Assembly (NCBI GenBank): GCA_041651195.1
Contig: JBAZJR010000002.1
Coordinates: 53,857 to 117,856 of the forward strand
Source of the DNA: Patescibacteria group bacterium
GTDB lineage: Bacteria > Patescibacteriota > Patescibacteriia > Patescibacteriales > UBA12465
Direction of reading: 5' to 3'
Length of the DNA: 64,000 nt
The notes beneath the pieces are model-generated. The model saw nothing but the letters and a program-made list of their open reading frames with translations. It was not told the DNA's origin and did no database searches. A program made the position numbers and the translations under genes. This document shows positions 25,533-35,018 of this stretch, piece by piece. The number at the start of each line of letters is the position of its first letter. The first letter of the stretch is position 1.

Positions 25533-26369
25533 CTACTCAATCTCATGCTTTTTCCGCCCTAAGAAATTATGCGGACTGACAATTTTAGCGCCAGATTGTT
25601 TTTCAATATCTTTCCTGGTTCGTCCGGCGACAGAACCGCCGTCACTAGCGTCTTTTTTAAGAGGCCTAAAACCTTGCGAATCACGAGTTTGAGTCAATTT
25701 AGTCGTCGTCGCTTCGGCCAGCATTGTCAAAATAAGTTCCATATCCTCCATATGGTCGCGTAAATTTTCTCGGTCCAAGCCTTTTAATTTTTTATAATCT
25801 TCAACTTTCAAGCCGAAAGCGCTCTCCATGATTTCGTTGGTTAAAATCGCATATTCTAAACTATTTTTAGCGCCTCTCTCTCGCCATTCGTCAGTCAAGC
25901 TATGACGGACAGCAATACCCCGGCTTCTCTTGTCAATCCAATCCTTAGGATACCCCTTTTTCTCATAAAGCGCCTTCATCCGATCCATGGCTAATTCGGG
26001 ATTTTCAATCTCTTGAAGGCGTTCTTGGCCGACTTTTGCCAACCATTGTTTAAATGGTTCGGCTTTAGGGGAAGGGATTGACTGAATAATACGGAAAATG
26101 CCTTGCAAGCCAGAACAATTTACTTTTTGAATACCGCCGCTAGTTTCAATCGAAAGGGGGGTGGCAATTTGCCCCCACCCTTTTGAAAGTTCTTCGTCTC
26201 TCCGACGCATATCTTTTACATACCCCTCCGGTTGCACGGAATTAGTCAACACTCGAACAACATCAACAATAGCAAAATACCATTGTTCATTATGCCAAAC
26301 ACGACGAACCGGATCATTTTCGAATAAGGCAATATTTTTGCCAGTAGTTTTGTCAGCATTTTTAGCCAT
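25533..26369 (-). CDS. Bro-N / DinD-like (phage antirepressor-type N-terminal domain) protein
   Basis: FENDPVRRVWHNEQWYFAIVDVVRVLTNS and SPKAEPFKQWLAKVGQERL resemble the Bro-N domain pattern. The assignment is by motif resemblance only. Confidence 0.55.
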   Translation of the reverse strand: MAKNADKTTGKNIALFENDPVRRVWHNEQWYFAIVDVVRVLTNSVQPEGYVKDMRRRDEELSKGWGQIATPLSIETSGGIQKVNCSGLQGIFRIIQSIPSPKAEPFKQWLAKVGQERLQEIENPELAMDRMKALYEKKGYPKDWIDKRSRGIAVRHSLTDEWRERGAKNSLEYAILTNEIMESAFGLKVEDYKKLKGLDRENLRDHMEDMELILTMLAEATTTKLTQTRDSQGFRPLKKDASDGGSVAGRTRKDIEKQSGAKIVSPHNFLGRKKHEIE

Positions 26370-26384
26370 AAATTTAGATAATTA
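26362..26384 (-). repeat. 23-nt leader/start repeat, copy 2
   Basis: Identical to 25488..25510. Contains the Bro-N-like gene ATG (26369). Confidence 0.8.
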
Positions 26385-26398
26385 ATCATTATCACCTG

Positions 26399-26407
26399 AT
26401 TATAACA
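26399..26407 (-). promoter_or_regulatory. extended -10 element upstream of Bro-N-like gene
   Basis: Minus strand TGTTATAAT (TGnTATAAT), about 30 nt upstream of the ATG. Confidence 0.4.
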
Positions 26408-26428
26408 GCTTTAATAATCATTATAAAG

Positions 26429-26446
26429 GCTAATATTAAATAAAAT
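26429..26446. repeat. cassette-bracketing motif, copy 2
   Basis: GCTAATATTAAATAAAAT, identical to 24512..24529. Confidence 0.8.
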
Positions 26447-26517
26447 ATTTATAAAGTTATTATAAAGAAAAGATAAAATTAAAAAATGCCTGAAATCGAA
26501 GGGATAAGCTTATCCAC

Positions 26518-28245
26518 TCATTCAATCTCATAAACTAATAAAGTCGGGGTCTCTTTAATCAACTGTAAATAAGGCCGCGTATTAAGCCATAAATAAGAAG
26601 CGAAGTCGACTTCTTTCGCCAAGATGATATAGCGCACCGGCGAACCGGCCAGAAGCGGCGCCCCGCTCCGCCCTTGATCCGCGAGCCAGGCGGCTATAAT
26701 CTGGCCGTCCGCGCTCTGGCTATTGTCATAGATCCCGCCCCATTCCATATTCGTGCCGCTTAAAATCTGGCAAGTGAAAAAATGCGGCGCCGGATTAGCC
26801 ACGATCTTCCCTACCCAATTAAAATGCATATACAGATGCCAGGGTAAAAATAAGATCCGATCATTACAGCCGTAAGACTGCGCGGCGCGGTTGATTAAAA
26901 ACTGATCAGTCTCATACCAATCGGCCGGATAGGGCGTCGGGATAACCTGACGATTAAAACCCCAAAGCAAGGATGGCGCGGCCATGATAATGACCGCGGC
27001 CAGAATAACGCCAGCCACAGCCCGGTTCGCGGACGCTATCTTAGCCTGCCGAAGCTTGGCCGCGCCGATAGTCAGATAATATAGATAAATCGGAATAATG
27101 ACCGCCACCCATTTCTGCGGCTCGCGCAGACCTTTATAGAAAGGCAGGTGATCATAGAGAAAGAGATTTAGGCCACGCACTAAGGGTACTTTAACGCCAA
27201 AAGCAAGCACGACTGCGGCGATAAATATTAAAATCAGGCCGACGCTAAATATTTTTTCCTTCTTGGAGCGGCGCCGAAAACTTATAAATACTCCATAGAT
27301 AATAAGAGGAGCCAGAAAGATAAAACTCCTCTGCCAGCCCGGCGTCGTCGTCAGATCCAGATAACGATACTGATCCTTGCCCCAGAAGCCGCTCATGAGT
27401 AATACATTAGACAAGGTTTCACCCGGCGTCTTACCGGCGGTCTGAAAAGCGGCTAAGTCCTGGGCTGTAATTCCCTGATCAACAAAATTAGCCAAAGGCG
27501 AGGCTTTAAGAGCCAGGGCAATCAGCCAATTAGCGTTGACGATTAAAACAATGAAAAAAGAAAATAATAGCGCTAGCCAGAATTTTTTAGTCTGACCGGC
27601 CGCCTTAATCTCTTGGCGCCTAAAGAATACACTTATCAAGAATAATAAATAAAAAGGGACAAGTAAAAAAATAAAATGGATGGAAAATAATAAGGCAATG
27701 GCGGTAAATAGAGCGGCGCGCCACAAGAGCTTAAAATTAAAAGTCCGACTGGCTTCAAGCAGATAAGCTAAAACGAATAATAAGCAGCCATAGGCGGCCA
27801 GAATGCCAAACTGACCATAGAGAGCGCGATCGTAAACGAAGGGATTAAATAAGGCGAAGAGGCTGAGGATAAAAATTGACCCCCGGGAAGGAAAGGACAA
27901 AACGGCGATGGGCGCTTTCTCTCCTTGATCAGTATCGCGATATTCCAAGATAGCTTTAACTAGTACTCGCCCGCCAAACAAAATTAAAAACAAAACAGCG
28001 GCAATAAATATTTTTTCTAAAATCGCGAAAGAAAAGACAAAAGAAAAACCCTTAATGATTAAATTTAGTAAAAATCCAGAACTAATCCAGTTTAATGGGA
28101 TATTCGTCCCCCAGACCATATCGGTAAAAAAAAGGTGGCCGGACTTTAAAAACCAAGGTGCAACAATCATTAAAATAACCAAAATATAAGCCCAAAATAG
28201 GGATAAGGGGTTATAAAATTTTAATTTATTTAGTAATTTTTTCAT
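26518..28245 (-). CDS. 575-aa polytopic membrane protein, possible GT-C-type glycosyltransferase/polymerase
   Basis: At least 12 predicted hydrophobic helices and a C-terminal soluble region of about 120 aa. ATGA overlap with the upstream 928-aa gene. Backbone-like GC. The function is inferred from context only. Confidence 0.65.
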   Translation of the reverse strand: MKKLLNKLKFYNPLSLFWAYILVILMIVAPWFLKSGHLFFTDMVWGTNIPLNWISSGFLLNLIIKGFSFVFSFAILEKIFIAAVLFLILFGGRVLVKAILEYRDTDQGEKAPIAVLSFPSRGSIFILSLFALFNPFVYDRALYGQFGILAAYGCLLFVLAYLLEASRTFNFKLLWRAALFTAIALLFSIHFIFLLVPFYLLFLISVFFRRQEIKAAGQTKKFWLALLFSFFIVLIVNANWLIALALKASPLANFVDQGITAQDLAAFQTAGKTPGETLSNVLLMSGFWGKDQYRYLDLTTTPGWQRSFIFLAPLIIYGVFISFRRRSKKEKIFSVGLILIFIAAVVLAFGVKVPLVRGLNLFLYDHLPFYKGLREPQKWVAVIIPIYLYYLTIGAAKLRQAKIASANRAVAGVILAAVIIMAAPSLLWGFNRQVIPTPYPADWYETDQFLINRAAQSYGCNDRILFLPWHLYMHFNWVGKIVANPAPHFFTCQILSGTNMEWGGIYDNSQSADGQIIAAWLADQGRSGAPLLAGSPVRYIILAKEVDFASYLWLNTRPYLQLIKETPTLLVYEIE

Positions 28246-31028
28246 TCTGCTATTTGTTTAACCTTATTTTTATTATCTTCTTGTTTTCTTTTTCTTCTCT
28301 TTACAAAGTCATAGCCTAGGTAGATAAAGCAACCAAATAATGTCATCATAGAAACCCCTAAACCTATATAAAAATACTTTTGTGGCTCGAATTCAACATA
28401 AACTGAGAAGTCATAAGTACCGTCTATTTTCTTTTTAATCAAACCTTGCTGTTCTAATTCTCCGACATCAACCCACCAGGAATTAGCAAAACCGTTCATT
28501 ATAAAATGTTCATCATTCAAAACAGGTTTTCTAAACATTAGGTCATAAAATCTTCCGTCATATATATTTTCGTTCTGGATAGTTCCTTGATTATTATTAC
28601 TAATGAATTGCCCCACACCGTGGCCGATTAAATTGGGCTGAACATATATTTTCCAACCGGGGTGAAAACTCTCGGAAAATATTAGGGGAAAAGATTCGCT
28701 TGCCCCGGTAACATTAACAATATATTTTGTCGGATTAATTTGTTTATATTCTAACTGAGGTGTTTTAATCGGCTCACTCAAATTCTCGGCGAAAAAGATA
28801 ACATCGCCGGAATTGATAGAGTCCACTAACATATCTTCAACATAAATCTTAAAATCGTATTCTCCTCTATCTAATTCTATTTGGTCAAAATAAGCCCATC
28901 CCTCCCGGTTCGTCCCTGTCCCATCTTTTCCCAATACTTCATTATTTATTTTAATACTAATATTTATACTATTTGCCAAAACACTGCCTTGCTTGAAATA
29001 TATTTTATAGATTGCTTTAACGGGAATATTTAATCGAAAATCTCTAATGAAGGCGCCGCTAGTATACAAATTTAAATCGCTTTGTAATTTTTTCTTTATC
29101 CCTTGATCCGTTGTATCATCTATGGCCAATTTCATTGTTTCTATTTTATCTCGATTAGCACTTACAAGAATAAAAATACTATTAATATTTTTTGAAATAT
29201 TCTTATTTGATGATTCATCTAATTTTAAATCGGGAAAAATTATTCCAGTTTGTGGATTATAATTATTAAAATAAAAAGGTTGATCAATAAAATTTGAATT
29301 ATTAATTATATAAGAAATGGCAGTCGGGGAATATATCTGCGGTAATAAATAATTTTCATTCATCAAATAAAAATCTAATTTGTCGAATGTCTTTATTTTT
29401 TCATACTTCAATAAAATATCTGACACAACACTGGGGGATTGTGAAATATTATTATAATATAGCCAATCAAAATCGTTTCTCTGGATTATATATTTTACAT
29501 TTAAAATTGTCATTAAATTTTCAAAATTTGGATAATCTTTAGTCAATAAATATTTATAAGCGCTGAGCGCTATTCTATTGTCTTTAGTTTCACTACTGCC
29601 CGGTCTTCTTATAATCAAACTCTTGTCAAATAATGTCTCTGGATTGGCATTTGTCTTGCCCCAGTCAAAAACTGCAAAATACTGGGCTGGCATCAAAAAT
29701 ATTCTAGAAATCTGCTTATCTTTTTTTAGAAAATTCATGGCTTCATAATAATAAGACGGGATTTCTTTTATTTTTATATCTTCTGCAAAACATTTCCACA
29801 TAAAAAATGGGAATGCGTTAATCACAATAAGAACTGACAATAGCGCGGTCACGACATTTCTTAATCTAATGTTTTTTATGTTTATCAATAAATATACAGA
29901 CAGAACGGCCAACCCAAAGATATAAACTTGGATAAATTTATAATTTCCTCTGAACATTGCGAATAAAGGCACATTATAATATGCCCATTCATATAAACGC
30001 GCAAAAATACCTTGATTAGTAGCTACCACCATAGGTATAGACAAAATAATCAAAAAAATCACCCAGAATATCCGTTTGCTATTTTTGATAAAAATTATAC
30101 TTGATAATACTATTAACGGTAAAAGATACAGACTGAAAATCAATAATAAATTTTTTAAATAGACGGAAGAATATCTAAAGTAAGGCTCTCCTTCCCATCC
30201 CTGATCAAAGCTTGCTAGCCCTAAAGTTCTGAATACGTTGAGATACGAGCTGGCCTGATTATGACCATATATTGATTCCGATAAAATAGCTGATATATCT
30301 ACTGGGCCTAAGAAATAAAACAAAATACCAGATATCCAATAAAAATTAATCAATAATACGACGAAGAAAGACAGAATTAATTTCTTTAATATATCCTTAT
30401 ATTGACTCAACAAATGATAATTTGAAAATAAATGGAAAGAATAAATAAGTAATACTATCAAGTTAATAGCTATAAGCGGTGGATTTATTCCGGTCATAAA
30501 CAAAACTACAAAAGCCAATCCGATACTATATCTAAAGTAATTTTTGGTTAATAATATCTTATTTATAAAATAAAGCTGTAAAGGCAAAACAACATAAGGT
30601 AGAAGCAGGATGGAATAACCTTGCGTAAAATTTGTGAGGGTGTATAGATTAAAAATATATAGAAAACCGCCCACATATGTATAAATCGAAGTGTTATTAA
30701 ATTCATTTTGAATAAATTTAATAAAAGAGTAAAAACCAACCCATAAAATCAATGCAAAAAAAATCGTCTGACTAGTGCTAATACTAAAGAACCATGAAAA
30801 AAAATAATATATAAAACAGTATGGGAATATATATGATTGACCCCATACCATGGAGCGCCCAAGTGATAAAATATTATCCCAACTATAAAATAGCTTAAAG
30901 AAAGCTTGGGTGGGATTAATGAGTGAATTAAAATTAGAATCTACAATAAATTCACCATTGGGCTTTAAAAAAATGAGGAACAGAAAGAGAAACAGTAAGG
31001 ACATGATGACATTTTTTTTAAAACGCAT
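28242..31028 (-). CDS. 928-aa polytopic membrane protein with large C-terminal extracytoplasmic domain, possible GT-C-type enzyme
   Basis: The N-terminal ~450 aa are highly hydrophobic and multi-TM. A soluble region of about 430 aa and a final TM plus basic tail follow. Very low GC. The function is inferred from context only. Confidence 0.65.
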   Translation of the reverse strand: MRFKKNVIMSLLFLFLFLIFLKPNGEFIVDSNFNSLINPTQAFFKLFYSWDNILSLGRSMVWGQSYIFPYCFIYYFFSWFFSISTSQTIFFALILWVGFYSFIKFIQNEFNNTSIYTYVGGFLYIFNLYTLTNFTQGYSILLLPYVVLPLQLYFINKILLTKNYFRYSIGLAFVVLFMTGINPPLIAINLIVLLIYSFHLFSNYHLLSQYKDILKKLILSFFVVLLINFYWISGILFYFLGPVDISAILSESIYGHNQASSYLNVFRTLGLASFDQGWEGEPYFRYSSVYLKNLLLIFSLYLLPLIVLSSIIFIKNSKRIFWVIFLIILSIPMVVATNQGIFARLYEWAYYNVPLFAMFRGNYKFIQVYIFGLAVLSVYLLINIKNIRLRNVVTALLSVLIVINAFPFFMWKCFAEDIKIKEIPSYYYEAMNFLKKDKQISRIFLMPAQYFAVFDWGKTNANPETLFDKSLIIRRPGSSETKDNRIALSAYKYLLTKDYPNFENLMTILNVKYIIQRNDFDWLYYNNISQSPSVVSDILLKYEKIKTFDKLDFYLMNENYLLPQIYSPTAISYIINNSNFIDQPFYFNNYNPQTGIIFPDLKLDESSNKNISKNINSIFILVSANRDKIETMKLAIDDTTDQGIKKKLQSDLNLYTSGAFIRDFRLNIPVKAIYKIYFKQGSVLANSINISIKINNEVLGKDGTGTNREGWAYFDQIELDRGEYDFKIYVEDMLVDSINSGDVIFFAENLSEPIKTPQLEYKQINPTKYIVNVTGASESFPLIFSESFHPGWKIYVQPNLIGHGVGQFISNNNQGTIQNENIYDGRFYDLMFRKPVLNDEHFIMNGFANSWWVDVGELEQQGLIKKKIDGTYDFSVYVEFEPQKYFYIGLGVSMMTLFGCFIYLGYDFVKRRKRKQEDNKNKVKQIAE

Positions 31029-31133
31029 ATCAATAATTTACTTATATTTAAGATATAATACTCCTAATAACACTTGGCAAATACCATCGGCATCGGGCTA
31101 TAATTTTTTTCATCTATCTTTAGACGATTATTT

Positions 31134-31790
31134 TTAAATTTGATAATCTATTTCCACTATAATATGGCAAGATTTAAATAAAAGCAAAATCAGCGATTTA
31201 AAAAAACTATATTTATTTTGTTTTATTAAATTTATTTTTGTCCTTACCCCTATATCAAATAAATAATTACTTACTTTAAAAGTATACCCACTATTTTTTA
31301 GCAATTTCTCTATATCTTCCTTGGATCTTAAAATCTCATTTCCAAAATCTTGATTTTTATAAACATCTGATGGTACTGAAAATATCATTTTTTTCGATAG
31401 AGAAGAAAAATTTTTTATTATTTGAATAAATTCAAAATCATTAAAATGTTCCATTAACCCTTGCGAAATTATAAAATCAAATTTTGGCAGCCTCTCTATT
31501 TCATTTCTATCTAAAATATTTATATTAAAAAAATTCTCAATTTTGTCGGAAGTATTTTTTTTTATTCTTTCTAATAATTTTTTATCAGAATCAAGAACTG
31601 ACACCTTTAGTTTTGGTAATATTTTTTTAAGCCACAAAGCATGCTGGGCGGGGCCGCAACCAATTTCTAATAGTTTTTCGGGGTTATAAAAAATTATTTT
31701 TATCAAATAATGGTAATGTAAAAGGATATTTGCCGCTGAAAGGTTCCGTTCAGCGTAATACTCGTTCCATGTTTTATCATTAGTCTGCAT
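31134..31790 (-). CDS. class I SAM-dependent methyltransferase
   Basis: LLEIGCGPAQHALWL (motif I) and FDFIISQGLMEHF (motif II/III). Confidence 0.75.
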   Translation of the reverse strand: MQTNDKTWNEYYAERNLSAANILLHYHYLIKIIFYNPEKLLEIGCGPAQHALWLKKILPKLKVSVLDSDKKLLERIKKNTSDKIENFFNINILDRNEIERLPKFDFIISQGLMEHFNDFEFIQIIKNFSSLSKKMIFSVPSDVYKNQDFGNEILRSKEDIEKLLKNSGYTFKVSNYLFDIGVRTKINLIKQNKYSFFKSLILLLFKSCHIIVEIDYQI

Positions 31791-31808
31791 AACTTTTAAA
31801 ATTAGATT

Positions 31809-32903
31809 CTACAGTAAATCTCTAAATACTTTAATATATGCTTCTGCCGTTTTATCCCAACTAAACTGCTTAGAAAAACTATAATTAGAGCTTATTAATT
31901 CATCTCTTTCCCTCTCTCCAAGTTTAATCATGTTGATCATTTTATCAGAAATATCTTTTAAACTACGGGGGTCAACAAGCCAATTCTTATTAGGTGTGAT
32001 TTCTATCAGCGAACTGTTGCAAGATGTAATAACAGGGCACTCGCATGCCATGGCTTCTAAAACCGGGAAACCGAAACCTTCGTAAAAAGATGGGTAAATA
32101 AAAAATTCTGCATTTTCATAAAAGTTTATTAATTGGTCCTCGTTCGCATATCCCCACAATATAACATCATTAATTAAACCAAGTCTTTCAATTACATCTC
32201 TTAATTCAGCCAGTTGATTCTCATCAATTAGACCTGCGATAAGATATTTATATTTTTTCAATTCTGCATTGTTAGACATTACCTCTAATACACTAATGAT
32301 GTTTTTCCTTTTCGGGCTAGTCGTAATGGAAAAAAAATAATTTTCTTTAACAATCCTTTCTTTTCTAATTTTATTTAAAAAAATACTGTTAATACCCGAA
32401 TAAACAACTTTTATTTTATTGTCTGGAATTTTATAGAATTTTATTATATCCTTCTTTGTACTCTCTGAAACAGAGATAATAATATCAGCGATTCTTAGTG
32501 ATCTTTTTAAAAAATACTTATAATAAAAATTAAATATTTTGTTGTAATGTTTCGGATAAATTAGAAACGCCAAATCATGCACAGTTAAAACATATTTAAC
32601 ATTTTCTCTCTTAAAAAATGGCAAAATATGAGCAGGGCCATGAAAGATGTTAATTTGTTCTTTTCTAATCAATTTATTAACAAAAAAAATGTCAAACAAC
32701 AAAGTGCCTAACAAATTTTTAAATACTTTAATTACCTTGGTATCACCGATTCGTTTCGAACCATCTGTTTGAAAAAATACAAATGATAAATCATTTTGGC
32801 TCTTGACCAAATTGTCATAAAGGCATTTTATATAATAAGGTATGCCCGTATTTTCTTGTTGATAGATTCTTGAATTTATACCTACTTTCACAATATTCGC
32901 CAT
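31809..32903 (-). CDS. GT4-family (GT-B) glycosyltransferase
   Basis: FIYPSFYEGFGFPVLEAMACECPVITS is the EX7E-type motif of Glycos_transf_1. Confidence 0.85.
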   Translation of the reverse strand: MANIVKVGINSRIYQQENTGIPYYIKCLYDNLVKSQNDLSFVFFQTDGSKRIGDTKVIKVFKNLLGTLLFDIFFVNKLIRKEQINIFHGPAHILPFFKRENVKYVLTVHDLAFLIYPKHYNKIFNFYYKYFLKRSLRIADIIISVSESTKKDIIKFYKIPDNKIKVVYSGINSIFLNKIRKERIVKENYFFSITTSPKRKNIISVLEVMSNNAELKKYKYLIAGLIDENQLAELRDVIERLGLINDVILWGYANEDQLINFYENAEFFIYPSFYEGFGFPVLEAMACECPVITSCNSSLIEITPNKNWLVDPRSLKDISDKMINMIKLGERERDELISSNYSFSKQFSWDKTAEAYIKVFRDLL

Positions 32904-32908
32904 ACTTA

Positions 32909-34096
32909 TTATTTGATAAAATTGTTTAGATTTTCTATTAATTCATAAATTCTTTTACTGGAATCTCCATCAATAAATTTATTAAAAAATATTTTGAAAT
33001 CTAAATATTTTTTTTGATATGAAGCATCTAAAAAAATACTATCAATATCTTTAATCATCTGTAAAAGGATATTTTCATTATCTGCAAATGGCCCGGGTAA
33101 AATTTTATAATAATCATGTACCAGCTCCCTATTTCTAGTATAATTTTCATAATCATAGGGATAAAATATTACCGGCCTATTCATCAAACAGAAATCTGAA
33201 ACTACGCTAGAGTAATCTGTGATTAAAATATCTGCAAATATCAAGAGCTCTTGCGGATCATCAATTTCATTCGAAAGATCAACGATATTAGAATAGTTCT
33301 CAAAAATAAATTTATTGGCAAGCAGCGGATGATTTTTTATGACGAATAAATAATTATTTTTAAATAAATAATCATTAATTTTAGCCAAGCCAGAGCCTGA
33401 GAATGGTTTCATTTCATCTAGGCTATCCCTAAAAGTAGGGAGATAGGCGATAACCTTCTCATACCTCTCAAACTCTTTTTTATACTTGAAGCTAATATCT
33501 TCTTTATTTAAAAAAAATATATCGTTTCTTGGATATCCAGTTACAATAATTCTATTATTCTTAAAAAAATTCCTTTGCGCATTCTCAAACTCAACTGAAG
33601 ACGAAATAATAACTTTATATAATTTTGATTCCCTGAACCAAAAAAAATTTAACAACTTATAAAATAAATTTTCTGGTCCAATATTAAAATCTAATTTTTT
33701 TAAGCCCACTCCGTGCCATAAATTAATAATATTAAAGTTTCCCAAAAGAAAAGTTATCCCAGTGATATCTTGAGCTGCTGATTCAATCACTAAATATTTG
33801 GCTCTCAAAATCTGCCACATACCAAAAAATGAGTAGAGATATGCTACTGGTTTTGAGTCTGCTTTTAATAAATCGAGTATTTTTAAACTTCTGGTAATCC
33901 AAACTGGATTATATTTACAATCTTTTTTATTTAATAAATAAAGATAAAAATATTTAGGATTCCCTGTAAATTTACGGCCGAAATAAGAACCAAATATTAT
34001 TAAATTATTTTTCTTTGGAATGATATAAGAAAAAAACCAATAAAAGGGGATGAATAATAAATTTAATAATATTTTTTTAAAATTTATCATAAACAA
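32909..34096 (-). CDS. CDP-polyol phosphotransferase of the TagF/TarL (Glyphos_transf) family
   Basis: N-terminal TM. YLPTFRD and ITDYSSVVSDFCLMNRPVIFYPYDYENY are characteristic of TagB/TagF/TarL enzymes. Confidence 0.8.
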   Translation of the reverse strand: MFMINFKKILLNLLFIPFYWFFSYIIPKKNNLIIFGSYFGRKFTGNPKYFYLYLLNKKDCKYNPVWITRSLKILDLLKADSKPVAYLYSFFGMWQILRAKYLVIESAAQDITGITFLLGNFNIINLWHGVGLKKLDFNIGPENLFYKLLNFFWFRESKLYKVIISSSVEFENAQRNFFKNNRIIVTGYPRNDIFFLNKEDISFKYKKEFERYEKVIAYLPTFRDSLDEMKPFSGSGLAKINDYLFKNNYLFVIKNHPLLANKFIFENYSNIVDLSNEIDDPQELLIFADILITDYSSVVSDFCLMNRPVIFYPYDYENYTRNRELVHDYYKILPGPFADNENILLQMIKDIDSIFLDASYQKKYLDFKIFFNKFIDGDSSKRIYELIENLNNFIK

Positions 34097-34108
34097 TGGT
34101 TGCGCTAG

Positions 34109-35014
34109 TTAACTAAAATAAATGTTCTGATCATTTAAAACTTTTAACTGGTAATCCTTATTAAAAGAAAAAACTATTTTCTCTATTTTTTCTTTTTGTT
34201 TTTTAGAGTGATCAACTGCTACTAATAAAGCTGGCTTCTGCTCTCTTATTATTTTCTCTAAACCAAGTATAGCCTTATATTCATATCCTTCGATATCCAT
34301 TTTTATTAAATCAATCCTTCTATCTTCTAAAAAATCATCTAACTTAACAATACTAATTTTTTGCTTACCTTCTATGCTGACATTCAAATCGAAATCTTTA
34401 CTATTATTTATAGAGTGACACAGTATGTTATTTGAAATAAACATTTCTCCCTCCTCGTTCTTATCTCCAGCCGCTTTTTTAAATAGTTCAATATTTTTAT
34501 AATTTTTAAGATTATTTTTAAGATTTTTAAAATTTTCCTCCTCTGGCTCAAAGGCTAATATTCTCGAATTAGGATATAATTCTTTTATAAACAACGAAAA
34601 AAATCCAATATTTGCACCAAGATCAATAATAGTAGCGTCCTCTGCGAGTTTTAGATTATTGACCTGATAAATATTTTCAAAAAATATTTCATTCAGCACG
34701 GCGAATAGACATCTTATTTTTTCAGGAAAATCAAAAAAATTTAAAAAAATGAACTCATCTTCTTTTTGATATAAATTTTGTAAAATTCTATATTTAGCAC
34801 TATAAATATATTCAATAAATTTATTTTTTTTATCTACCCGTTTAAAGGCAAGAAAAAATTTTTGTTTTAAGTTATATTCTTTAAATTTAATTAATTCCAC
34901 CAAAAGCGCTAATCGCCAAAAAAATCCTAATTTCCCCCTTACATTACTCTCAATTCCTGTCATATAGTTATATATTCCCCCATAATCATATAATTTCTTG
35001 ATTTTTTCGGTCAT
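34109..35014 (-). CDS. FkbM-family methyltransferase
   Basis: IIDLGANIGFFSLF, and IDLIKMDIEGYEY near the C-terminus. Confidence 0.75.
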   Translation of the reverse strand: MTEKIKKLYDYGGIYNYMTGIESNVRGKLGFFWRLALLVELIKFKEYNLKQKFFLAFKRVDKKNKFIEYIYSAKYRILQNLYQKEDEFIFLNFFDFPEKIRCLFAVLNEIFFENIYQVNNLKLAEDATIIDLGANIGFFSLFIKELYPNSRILAFEPEEENFKNLKNNLKNYKNIELFKKAAGDKNEEGEMFISNNILCHSINNSKDFDLNVSIEGKQKISIVKLDDFLEDRRIDLIKMDIEGYEYKAILGLEKIIREQKPALLVAVDHSKKQKEKIEKIVFSFNKDYQLKVLNDQNIYFS

Positions 35015-35018
35015 ATTT

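Noticed and set aside
24434-26446. Possibility that the AT-rich repeats are a degenerate CRISPR array
   Set aside because: There are only two copies of each repeat, with different repeat families, gene-sized 'spacers' and no cas genes. The geometry fits cassette or promoter duplications, not CRISPR.
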